A stretch of DNA of 64,000 nucleotides from assembly GCF_963921235.1 (NCBI RefSeq), contig NC_086097.1:6696001-6760000 (forward strand), given 5' to 3'. This document shows, piece by piece, positions 12,414 through 23,950 of the stretch. Positions within the stretch are counted from its first letter, which is position 1. The number at the start of each line of letters is the position of its first letter. This DNA comes from Mobula hypostoma (lineage: Eukaryota). The notes under the pieces were generated by a model that had not been told where the DNA came from, did not search any database, and saw only the letters and a program-made list of their open reading frames with translations. Position numbers and translations under genes: made by a program.

Positions 12414-13959
12414 AGTTTGAGGGATTTGGAAATTTGAGATATCATTTATTCACATTTGCCTCTTCACCCATGATTTGCTGCTTCCACTTCTTTCTTCCAG
12501 CCAGCAGATTTATGAAAGGACAGTGAACCCATGACCTCTGGCTCACAGTGTCTTTGCTCTCATTCCGCACTGTTTCAGCGTTGCTGGTTGTCCGTGGTGC
12601 CTGATGATGGCAGGAAACCTGTGTTGGAGAGTTTTAAAGTGAAAAAGCCATGGTACTGAGGCAGTCCCACTCTCTCAACCTCAGAAGTTCAGGTCCAATG
12701 GTAGGAGTAGTCGCCACAACTGGGGTCTTCTTTGGTTGCAGTGGATGGCCATGACGTCTTCATTCTTTTCATACCCTGTTCTCTATGAAATTTTGCAGAA
12801 CTGCCTTCCTGATAAAGTTCTTATTGTAACTTATAGATTTTTTGTGTATTGCACTGTACTGCTGCTAGAAAACAACAAATTTCACAATGTATGTCAATGA
12901 TAATGTAGCTGATGCTAATTCTGAAGCTTGCACTAGTCAGCTGCAGACAAGTTGAGCAGACAATAGTCTATTGCTGAAATGTGATCATCTTTCAGGTGAC
13001 TTGGTTAAAGGAACAAATTGTGATTAAGTTACACTGTCTAACGTGAAATTCAAACCTTACAAAAATGATTAGTTTGCATTCGGGTAAATAAGTGCTTACA
13101 GAATCAAATGTCCCTTGCAGAGCAGAATGAGTGCTGAATGCTTATCTCCTGACTCATAATGTGTGTTACTAAAAACATGGGGAGATAAATCAGGGGATCT
13201 TCATCAGTGTCAAACTCACTGTCTGCGGCTGTGCAGACTTCACCAAAATCCCTAAGATTTGCAATTCAAAGAACTCTGTGAGCACAGATAATTCAGCAGG
13301 ATCAATGAAGTTTCTCAGCTGTTTTATCAATGTCGATACAGCTCTGAATCTTCTGCTTCTCATCAGTGACTGGTGACTGGCTTGACAGCACTCTCCTGCT
13401 GAGGGACATGGGAAGATGAGGCCATTCAGGATGACTATATGCTTTCTAAGGGTAATTGAGCTGTTTTGGGAAAAGATCTGGTTACTGTTTGTACTGAGCT
13501 ATGCAAATGTGGGATATGGTAGTGCAGTGGCTGAGTTACTGGACCACCATCCACAACTCTGAACCAATGATCTAGTGACAAGCACTCTCATCTTGAGATT
13601 GAAGATTGTTTAATGTCATTTCCAGTACATGAGTGTAAAGGAGCATTAAATAATCGTTACTCTGGATCCGACGCAGCACAAAAGAAAAACACAATAATTA
13701 AAAAAAAACAATAAATATATGTACGTACATATGATAGCTTGTATAGTTAGATTGATTGTATGTCCATAAAGTGACACAAGGCACAAGAGTGTCTGTATAT
13801 CGGGTGTGTTATGTTTTGTAACTTCAAGTCATTGAAGTGTGGTTGTGTTTTTATATATCCAACCCCTTTCTACTGGGCGTCTCTAGAAATGCAGCTAATT
13901 AGCCCCTCGCTAACAGCCCCTGGACTCTGCAGTGAGAAACCCACCTTTCTCAGGCTTTG

Positions 13960-16890
13960 TACGTCTAGGGTGTATACAACTTTGATCCCGCCGAATCTGT
14001 GAGGCTGGGCTGTCTAGCCACCCAAACCCCAGTTTGTGTGAACGCTGTGTGATTTACTGCCCCCTTCAATTGCCCATCGGCAAGACATAAGATCGTGCAC
14101 TGCATTCAATTATGAAGAAGTATATTTATGAATGTTAACTAAAGAGTTATTAAAGGAAAGAAAGAAAAGCAAAAAGGGCCCATTATGCTTAAACAGTCAT
14201 ATGTGCACAGTGGAGCTCAAATCTTCCAGAGGCCGTTGTTTTAGATGTACACACTGCACCTTCCCAATGTCACTTGAAATCCATCTCGAACAAACGTGAT
14301 CTCTCACGGGAATATTAGTGCTTCCTCCTTGAAGCCATTCATCTGCATAAAGCACCTTGTGCAACAGGGATGACATCCTTCGCCATTTTTCCTCTTGTCT
14401 GCTCCCAGCTCCTGCCAACCAAGACCTCCCTACACCAGTGTCCTCTAGAACCTTCTCCCAATTCCACCATCCTGATTGGCTGATGCTGCATTCCAAAGCT
14501 GAACAGCAAAGCCTCTGATCTCAGCTCAAACCCAAACAGGCTGAAAGCAGAACAGATTACTCTTACAGAACTGCTAAAATGAAATACCTACAGCACAGCA
14601 GTAAAAATCTTAACCAGTGTGCTACACTCTTCCCCCACCAAAAATAGTCACGTTCTTGGGGCCTTGAAACTTATGAAACCATCATTAATAAAACAGTTTT
14701 CAAAGGAATTTTGTGACATTGGGACCTCCAATTTGTTTGTGAATCGTAGTAGCATATCTCACCAGGGGTATAGACACAACTCTCTGTTCCCCCAGTGCCT
14801 CATAGGCCGGCCTATCTGGGGGGGTGTCCTGATCTTTGAGACCTTATCACATCTTTAGCTCCTCCTGCTTTAACCACTCCCTTGTAATGCTGCATTCCCC
14901 TGTCTACACTTGAGTCTTCCGACAGCTCAGCACCTCTGCTCCATTACTGAATTTAACTTCTGTCACTTTAAGCCAGCCAGTACTGTCAAACATCTTCATC
15001 CTCTGCTGGAACTAACCAGTGAGAGCTCTATCAGCAAGGAATGTTTTCGGTCGCACTAACAGTGTGGTAAGTACTCCTGGCACAACCAATATCAGACTCG
15101 TCAGTAGAAAGCGTAACTGCATGTCGCAAGATCTTCTCAGTTAATCTTCTTTTCTATTCCTTGGACATTACAGCAAATTCTGGGCTACTACTCTGGGATG
15201 TAACATGGCAGGTTTAGACTGGTCACTCCATACAGTTCCTCGTTTCTGCTCGTCATCCTGCTTAGGAGAAACTTGTACCTTCTCAAAAGCAGCTCTGAAC
15301 ACAGTGTGAATGGACAAGGTTTTCAAAAAGTTCTCTCCACTTCTCTCTTTGCATGCTCCCAGGGGCCTTCTCACAATGGTAGTATTTGTTGCCACAAGAA
15401 TGGAAGCTCCAACCTTTACATCTGGATCTGGGCAGGCCAATACTGGTGTGTCAATAGTCTCAGTTACCCCAACATCTGCTTCTGAAAACTTTAGCTTCAA
15501 CGCCAAGTAACCATTGATGTGTACTCATCAGTACTAAGCCCCCGAACCTCAAGGGCACTGAGTGGCATCAAAGGTAAGTGCGCCAAATACCAGTTGTAAA
15601 AGGATCTATAAAGCAAAGTAACTCGAGAACCTGTGTCAAGTATGGCTCTAGTATAAACACTTTCAATCCGTATGGTATATCATAGGTTGATCCCACTAAA
15701 CCTTCAGGAACAGTGTTTGGTACTTTAGTATTTCCCTTGATACACTGGTAGGAATGTATCCTCTCTGAAACACCAGTCCATTCCTTAGTGGGTCCCTCTG
15801 AAGTTATACCTCTTTTCTTCACTGTTTGATTAACCGCTAATTTACTTTCCAAAGATTTTCCTGTCCTTCATACTCCTGCTTGAAATGTTGGTCTTCTCCA
15901 CAGTGGTAACAGACAATATTGGTCACTTCTCTGGTCAAGGGATCCCACTAGTAGCAACCCTTGCCTTGGTACGTCCCACCAGTGGGTCCGGCTTGCTATT
16001 GGCTTTGTCAGGCTTGGTGGCAGCACCAGCCAATATCACGTGAAATACCTCGGCCCTCAAATCTTTTCCCACATCCTGCAAAACCCCGGCTGGTGTTTAC
16101 CTTATCAACAGAGGTTACTACCGAGGACTGTACCCTGCTGATAGAGGCAACCCGCTCCTCCATCACGTTTTCCTCCTCTCTAGCTTCTCTGAGTAACTCG
16201 GTAAAAGATGGAGGAGGATGCATCTTGTGGGTCATTCGAACATGTAGAGCAATCACGTCATGTGACAGCGCGCCCTTCACAACTTGCTCCGTCCTCAAGC
16301 GATTTCTCTCAGACAGTAGAATGGCCCCTTTGTGGCACCAACAATGCAGCAGCTTCTCCAACCTGAAAATGTGGGCAGACAACTTCTCTCCTTCCTCCTG
16401 GAATGCGTGCCTAAACTTCATCCTAGACTGGCTGCACATTCCGCAGTGCCAAAAGCATCTTCCAAAGCTTGCAGATAATTAGTTGATGTGGCTAATAGAT
16501 TTTCTGCCTTGAGGAACCTCACTATATCAGCCGCTGGCTCCTTTAAGCTCTCTACCAGTGTCTTTTTTTTCATTTTATCTGAGCACTGCCATTCATCCAG
16601 TAACTGAGATGTCTGCCCAGCCCAAGCCTCATGATCTTCTTCCCCATCAGGTGTGGGCTTGACCCCAGAGAACACTCCCAGCCTACAGTAACTTTGGCTC
16701 TCTGCAGGTACACTTCTGCATTTATCAACCAGCCAAAACCAGCTCAGAATGTAAATCAACAGCTGAAGGACTCATTAGATCTATCACATCAGACAACTCC
16801 TTCTCCTCATTCCACAGAAATGAGAGCAACTTCTCTTTAAAGCCTCCGCCTTCAGCTACAGGAAACTCAGTTTCCAATTAAACACCCTAG
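13960..16890 (-). mobile_element. Internally deleted Gypsy LTR retrotransposon with PNMA-type gag, protease, PPT and 3' LTR
   Basis: Gag RLGVFSGVKPTPDGEEDHEAW..LVESLKEPAADIV (16418-16759) and QEEGEKLSAHIFRLEKLL (16008-16439); protease AILDTGSRVTLL near 15610-15650; PPT GGTGGGGGAAGAG (14627-14639) abuts an LTR starting TGTAGC at 14626. The far end of the LTR is approximate. Confidence 0.8.
15900..16830 (-). pseudogene. Frameshifted PNMA-like Gypsy gag (capsid) coding remnant
   Basis: Two ORFs in different frames (16418-16759, 16008-16439) carry PNMA/Gypsy capsid motifs. Confidence 0.75.
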
Positions 16891-16959
16891 CTTATACTCA
16901 TCTCTTCTCTGAGAGTATGGAGAGCCCATGGCCCCGCCTCTCTGGGTCCTCCAGTGGTA

Positions 16960-17125
16960 CCAGCCTGGGGAAAGTAACTGTTTTTTGACTCTGGTGGTCC
17001 TGACATAGCCTCATCCTTGATGGGAGTGGGACAAACAGTCCATAAGCAGGGTGGGTGGGATCCTCAATGATTTTGCTGGCCCTTATCCAGCATCTTTCTG
17101 TATTTATGTCCTTGATGGTGAGTAG
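16960..17125 (-). mobile_element. Rex1/Babar 3' ORF fragment (its 3' UTR probably lies at ~13595-13806, split off by the Gypsy insertion)
   Basis: RASKIIEDPTHPAYGLFVPLPS in ORF 16898-17206; reverse complement of the copy at 18190-18650. Confidence 0.65.
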
Positions 17126-17524
17126 ACTAAACACAGCTGCTGGGGAATTCAGATTCAAGCAATTAAATAATCTGGAATTAAAAACATTATTAGTAATGAT
17201 AACCATGAAAAATAGAACTACTGGGTTGGAGTAAAGATCATGCTAGTTCTCCAACAATCTTCATGTCAGTCTCAACTGATTTGCCTCAACGTGACCTGAG
17301 GGGTCCCATGTTGTTGATTTCCCAATGCAGCCTCATTTCAGGGGCAATCCGTGTAACAGTGGCAGTGAAACGCTCATTCTGAAAATAATAAAATGTTTTA
17401 AAAAATGTCAGCTCATTGAACAACTTTACTCATTAACCATGAGGATCCATTAATAGATTCGATTTGAACTGAAAAGAGAATAATGATTAAATAAAATGAT
17501 CATTCATTCTGATCTGCAAGGGAC

Positions 17525-17690
17525 ATTTGATTCTGTAAGCACTTGTTAGTAAGAGTGTCAAAGGTTACATGGAGACGGCAGGAGACTGGGGTGAAGAGCA
17601 ATAATAGATCAGACATGATGGAATGGCAGAGCAGACTCGATGGGCCAAATGGCCAAATTCTGCTCCTATATCTTATGGTCTTATGGCCTA
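17525..17690 (+). mobile_element. CR1 3' end fragment
   Basis: gaatggcagagcagactcgatgggccaaatggcc..tcttatggtcttatgg tail. Confidence 0.75.
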
Positions 17691-17740
17691 AAACAAGCCC
17701 CTTTCTTATTCCATCCCTAACCCACTCACTCACAATGGAG

Positions 17741-17975
17741 TGTTGTGTGTTTAATATTTCAGAGAGAGAGTTTTATATATATATATATAAAATCTTGTTT
17801 GCTTAAATAATTAAATACAGGTTATATGAAAAATTAAATTAATTGCATACATCATCATGCTACCACATAATACTTGTGCACCTCGGTAGAAGTAAAAGAC
17901 AAAGCCAGATCTGTATTCCCGGATTCTGTGACTTCCTTGAATTAATTTAATGTTTTGAAGTTACAGAACATAACA
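17741..17975 (+). mobile_element. Solo Gypsy LTR (TGT...ACA) related to the LTR at 4124-4262
   Basis: Starts TGTTG and ends GAAGTTACAGAACATAACA; its reverse complement resembles 4124-4260 and 13807-13827. No clean TSD seen. Confidence 0.65.
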
Positions 17976-18189
17976 TGGGCATTCCTCCATAGCTCACCAA
18001 TCATGGATTTGTCCTTCAGGCCGAGACACCAGGATTTCCTAAGTGTGGATTTGACCTTAGGGCCTGGACTTCTTGACTCGCACTCCAACCCCATTGACCC
18101 AGGCTCTGGAGACCCCTCCGGGCCCTCATAACTCCTTCAGTTCCTCGTGACTCCTTCATGCCTCCACCTTCAGAGAATGATGTATTGGA

Positions 18190-18650
18190 TCAACATATTG
18201 AGGACATATATATAGAAAGGTGCCAGAAAAGGGCCAGTAACATTGTGAAGGATCCTAGACATTCTGCTCGTGGACTGTATGTCCTACTTCCATCAGGGAG
18301 GAGGCTACATAGCACCCTCCCCAGGAACACCTGATTCAAAAACAGATACTTACCCCAAGCAGTAAGACTGATTATCACCTCCACCCGGTATTCTAACCTC
18401 CATGGCCACAACCATTATCATTTCTTGTCAGTCACCTTATGTACAGATACTCCTGTGCCTAGTCTCATTTTGTGGACACACAATCAATCTGTGTATATAA
18501 ACCATCATATGTATTTATGTTTATTGTGTTTTTATTATTGTGCTCTTTATCTTATTGTGTTTTTTGTGCAGCATTGGGTTAGGAGTAACAGTTATTTTGT
18601 TCTCTTTTACACTTGCACTGGAAATGACATTAAATAATCTTGAATCTCAA
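18190..18650 (+). mobile_element. Rex1/Babar 3' end
   Basis: IEDIYIERCQKRASNIVKDP-type codons, T-rich 3' UTR and a tcttgaa tail. Confidence 0.75.
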
Positions 18651-19064
18651 ATCTTGAGTATTTAAGCAGATATGGTTTCTATGAATTAAAAAGATAGTTC
18701 CTATTTATTCAGAAAGCTGTAAATCTTTGATATTGTTTACCCAGAGGCTTCAGATATTGAATATATTAAGATTGAAAGATTTTTGGTAATTGAAGGAATC
18801 CAGAGATATGGGATCATGCGGAAATTGAACAAGATCAGCTATGATAAGTACTGAAGAATGGAGCAGGCTGCAGCACATCCTGCCAATGTTCTAACTTCTC
18901 AGAATCATTAGCTTTTATGAAATACGCTGTTTTTTCTTTCTCCAGGCAAGTTGGGAAACATATTGGTTCAGGCTACTGGTTGCAGTGGGGAACTGAAAAA
19001 TATCATTCAGGCAGAACCAGATGAAAAATCCATAATCAGAATCAGGTTTATTATCATTGACATA

Positions 19065-19617
19065 CACTCAGCGGCCATTTTATTTGGTACCTCCTGTAGC
19101 TAATAAAGTGGCTGCTGAGTGTTTGTTCATGATCTTCTGTTGCTGTAGCCCAGCCATATCAGGGTTCGACATGTGTGTTCAGAGATTCTATTCTGCACAC
19201 CACCGTTGTAATGTGTGGTTATTTGAGTTACTGTCACCCTCCTGTCAGCTTGAACCAGTCTGGCCATTCTCCTCTGACCTCTCTCATTAACAAGCCATTT
19301 TTGCCCTCAGAACTGGCGAACACTGCATGTTTTTTTTTGTTTCTCACACTGTCCTCTGTAAATGCTAGAGACTGTTGTGAAATTTCTAGGAGATCAGCTG
19401 TTTCTCAAACCCATCTGGCACAAACAATCATACTACAGTCAAAGTCACTTACATCACATTTCTTCCCCATTCTGATATTTGGTCTGAAAAACAAATGAAC
19501 CTCTTGAATATATCTGCATGCCTTTCTGCATTGAGTTGCTGCCTCATGATTGGCTGATTGGATATTTGCAATAACGAACAGGTGTACAGGTGTGCCTAGT
19601 AAAATGGTTATTGAGTG
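19065..19617 (-). mobile_element. Non-autonomous Tc1 transposon with transposase N-terminal remnant
   Basis: TIRs CACTCAGCGGCCATTTTATT.. and ..AGTAAAATGGTTATTGAGTG, with TA at the left. Minus strand gives MGKKCDVSDFDCSMIVCAR..ETADLL (Tc1 HTH start). Inserted in a LINE 3' tail. Confidence 0.8.
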
Positions 19618-19917
19618 TCTGTATGTCATTAAATTTGTTTCTTTTGCAGCAGCAGTACAGTTCAGAAAGGAATCAGGGAAAGTTCCTTGCTGCTTTACTC
19701 CTTGACGTTACAAACAAATAAAAAATACACTTGGAAGTTCTTTTAGAAATGTTTTTACTAACATTTCACCACAAATTCATTTGATATAGCCAGAGGCAAA
19801 TTTTTGGGCTAAGCTTCATCTAACGACAAATCAACCAACGAATTACACAGGGTTCAACTCCTTACAATGCTCTTTTGACAGGTTTGCAATGCTCAATGTA
19901 TTTACTAAATATCCTTA

Positions 19918-20800
19918 GCCATAGAATCATAAAGTCATACAGCACAGTAACAGGACCTTCAGCCCAAACAGTCCATGTTAACAAAGATATTCCAGTTGCC
20001 CACATTTGGCCCAGATCCCTCTACACTTTTCCCACCCATGTTCAGGATAGAACTGTCTTTAAATTGTTTTTAACTTATGGGACCATAAGACCATACGATA
20101 TAGGAGCAGAATTAGGCTATTTGTCCCATTGAGTCTGCTCTGCCATTCAATCATGGCTGATCCATTTTCCCTCTCAGTACCAATCTCCTACCTTCTCCCC
20201 GTATCTCTTCATGCCAGGACTAATCAGAATATGTCGACCTTTGGCTTAAATATACCCATGACTTGGCCGTCACAGCTGCCTGTGGCAACAGATTCTACAG
20301 ATTCACTACTCTCTGGCTAAAGAAGTTCTTCCTCATCTCCAATCTAAAAGGATGTCCCCGTATCCTGAGGCTGTGTCCTCTGGTCTTAGACTTCCACACC
20401 AGAGGAAACATCTTCTCCACATCCACTCTGTTAAGGCCTTTCAGCATTCAATAAGTTTTCAATGAGGTCTCAATAATTATCTTCCTCAAGCTCTTTACCT
20501 GGCAGCTCAGCCCATATATGGACTATGCTCTGGGTAAAATATTTGCCCTTCAGTTTCCTATCAACTCTCTTCCCTCTCACCTTAAACATATGCTCTCTAG
20601 TTCATGAATCTCCATCCCTAGGAAAAAATGAAGCAGGTTTACCCTTCCTGTGCTCCTCAATATTTTACACGTCTCTATAAGATTACCCTTTATTCTTCCA
20701 CACTCCAATGAAAAAGTCTTTCTCTCTCTTTAACTCAGTCCCTTAAGTCCTGGTAACATCCCTGTAAATCTTTTCTGCTTTCTTCCTAGTTAATGGCATT
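19918..20800 (-). mobile_element. Nested CR1 3' fragments (younger piece ~20080-20470 inside an older one)
   Basis: Reverse-complement CR1 3' UTRs and RT end (ctcattgaa..cctcaggatacgggg..gaagaacttctttagccagagagt). Confidence 0.7.
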
Positions 20801-22104
20801 TTACCTAGAGTTTTGGGATACCTTTGTAAAATAAGAAACCCCTTCACCCAGGATGTGCTTTCTTCTCTTTGGAGCCCAAAGAGCCTCACTCACCATTTCA
20901 GGAACAGCTTCTTCCCCTCTGCCATCAGATTTCTGAATGGACAATGAACCCATGTACTGCACCTCACTAGTTTTTTCTTTCTTTTTGTGCGCACTATTTA
21001 TTAATTTATTTTAATATACTATAGACCTTATTTATAAAATTATTAAATTTATAATTTTATGATAATGTATTGCAATGAAGTCTGCTGCAAAACAACAAAT
21101 TTCACAACATATGGCAATGATATTAAACCTGCATTTGGTTCTGAATCTTTGTGATATGTAGCTAAATGGGACTCCTCCCTGCCCTGTGGTCATTCTACAA
21201 GGAGCACTGTTGCTGAAAACTACTTTTTTTAATTCTACTTTTGCACTACTTATTCAGTCTAACTATATAATATGTATACTTACTGTAACTCACAATTTTT
21301 ATTATCATGTATTGCAATGTACTACAGCTGCAAAAGCAACAAATTTCACAACATATGGCAATGATATTAAACCTGCTTCTGATTCTGATTCTGACAACAT
21401 TCAAACTCCGCACAGACAGCACCGGAGATGAGGGTCGCTGAAACTGTGAGGAAGAAGCACCATCTGCCGTTGCCATGGCATCACCCTGGTTTGCTTTCGA
21501 ATGTTTCTGAGTCTCCAGTCAAGAAGACTCATCTTTAGCTTGAGACCATTGTGAATTTTGCAGGCACAAGAAAGCAAAAGCATCTTCTGCAATTTAATCA
21601 ATCAAGAAAGGAACACAAATAAAATGGCTGGGATTCAATCCATCCCTCAGAAACGTGAGGTGAGCTGAAGTCTGAGAAGGCTCCATTGGATTTCTAGTGG
21701 CTGAAAATCTAAGATACAAACCCATCATAAATGTGCCACTAATTCATATTAAACTGACAGTCTCAGTCAGAAATCCCATAAAGAAGAGTGGTGTAGAAAA
21801 GAAGACATGTCACAATGAAATGGCAAGGATGACATTCTGAATTTTTGCTTGTCACATGGCTAAAGTTTCTTAAAGAAAGGTCTTCGCCTCTTTTGCACTG
21901 AAACTGGGCAGTTTAATTCAAAAATTAGTTTCATAAAATACAACTAGTCCCTTCCAATATCATCCATTAACTTGATGAATTAATAATAAAACACTTTTCA
22001 TGCTCACATTCCAAGTTTATTGTGATTTAACTGTAGAACCGTATCCATGTCACCGCCAACTGAAACAAGGTTCCTCCACACCAAGATGTGGCGGAGGACG
22101 AGAC

Positions 22105-22460
22105 GGAGGATGAGAAATGACCTGACAGAGGTGTACAAGATGATGAGGGGCATTGATCGTGTGGATAGTCAGAGGCTTTTTCCCAGGCCACAAGAGGTCA
22201 CAGGTTTAAGGTGCTGGGGAGTAGGTGCAGAGGAGATGTCAGGGGTAAGTTTTTTACTCAGAGAGTGGTGAGTATGTGGAATGGGCTGCTGGCAACGGTG
22301 GTGGAAGGCGGATGGAAGAGGGTATTTTAAGAGACTTTTGGATAGGCACACGGAGCTTTGAAACATAGAGGCCTAGTAATTTCTAAGGTAGGGACATGTT
22401 CGGCACAACTCTGTGGGCTGAAGGGCCTGTATTGTGCTGTAGGTTTTCTATGTTTCTGTG
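22105..22460 (+). mobile_element. CR1 3' fragment
   Basis: RMRNDLTEVYKMMRGIDRVDSQRLFP; ttctatgt tail; same subfamily as 23951-27480. Confidence 0.85.
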
Positions 22461-22839
22461 TGCAACACTTTACATATAACTCACACACAACACATAAAGT
22501 AATATTACCACAAGAAAATTAACAAATAATAATCAAGTGTTTGTTCAAAAGTAAGCAGTACAACACTACTGGTGCTTCATACGTGGTGGCAGTGAGTTCA
22601 GTGGTCTCACAGCCTGGGGTAAGAGGCTGCATCCCATCCTCTTGCCACAGTCCCTCCTGCCTGAAGGTAGGACATCAAAGAGATTGTTGGACAGATGGGA
22701 GAAACCATTGACAAATCTAATTGTGGTAACTATCTTGGATCACTGAGCTCCTTTGCCTTGGAGAAGCATTATCGGTGCAGATTAATTTTTATATTATTTT
22801 TATATTTTTACATTATTCTGTGCCAATAACGCTTTTATT

Positions 22840-23143
22840 GGGTGCCATGGTAGCCTAGCAATGAGCACGGCACTCTTACAGCTGGGGGCATCAGAGTTCA
22901 GAGTTCATTTCCAGCATGATCTGTAACCAGGTTTGTACGTTCTTCCTGTGAGCATGGGGGTTTCCTCCAGGTGCTCTAGTGTCCTCCCACTGTCCAAGGA
23001 TGTACCAGTCAGTAGGCCAGTTGGTCATTGTAAATTGTTCTGTGATATGGCTGCAGTTAAATTGATGGGGCGCTGTGCAGCATGGATTGAAGAGCTGCAG
23101 GGGTGCGTCTGTGCTGTATCTGTAAATAAGTAAACAAATAAAC
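22840..23143 (+). mobile_element. V-domain SINE (HE1-like)
   Basis: tRNA-like head, core gtttcctccaggtgctctagtgtcctcccactgtccaaggatgt, and (taaa)n tail. Confidence 0.7.
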
Positions 23144-23602
23144 ATGGGAGTATTTCAATTATTAGCATACAGTTTGAAATAACACCAGATAAGTCAGTCA
23201 AAACAGAATGTGATGATTGACACAGGTGCAATGTATTGAATTTTTGCCTTCAGTGCTGTGTGCCTTATCCTTTTGAAGGATTTTTGTTTCTAGTCCTCTA
23301 TTATATAAACTTGTGGTTTAATACATAGGCACTATTGAGCACGATCGGTCATCCAAGTGACACTGACTTTATCAACCTCGAAGCATTTGCTGATAAAGAG
23401 AACAACTCTGATCGGCTTTTGAATTTCCAAATGCCTTTTAACCTGAGGGGCTTAATTCCAGTGAGCTGTTATTAACTCCAATTCCCAAACCACCAATAGG
23501 TTGCATTCTTCTTATTTTGATTTTAATAAAGGCACCTGAGAGAATTACCTCAAATATTAATCCTCTTACCATTGACTGTTGAACCATCAAAGGTATTATG
23601 AA

Positions 23603-23705
23603 AGCAACACACACAAAATGCTGGAAGAAATCAGCAGGTCAAGCAGCATCTATGAAAATGAATAAACAGCCAATGCTTCAAGTCAAGACCTTTTATCAGG
23701 ACTCC
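23603..23705 (-). mobile_element. Isolated decayed Penelope terminal-repeat fragment
   Basis: gcaacacacacaaaatgctgga..gcagcatctatg..tcaggact, the same motif order as intact PLE ends. Confidence 0.7.
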
Positions 23706-23950
23706 AGCAACAGGAGTGGATTCTGGTGTCATCTTATGCTCCTGTACCCACTGGAAATTATATTAAACAATCTTAAATCTTGAACATTCTTGAATTTTGA
23801 ATACATTTTCATCATTCACTTTTCATCATCATCATTATGTGTTGTATTATTTGACATAGGCGAGCATCGTCTTCCATGTATCATTGCCTGTGTGGAAGGC
23901 CCCCATTATGCTGTTGTTCTTATGCTTTTCTCTATCCATGACCATGATTC

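Noticed and set aside
15900..16830. Domesticated PNMA host gene
   Set aside because: Frameshifted and still linked to protease, PPT and LTR.
13807..17975. 4.2-kb DNA transposon bounded by 21-bp inverted repeats
   Set aside because: The sequence is the end of a Gypsy LTR (the copy at 4124 abuts a PBS). These are two LTR pieces in opposite orientation with no shared TSD.
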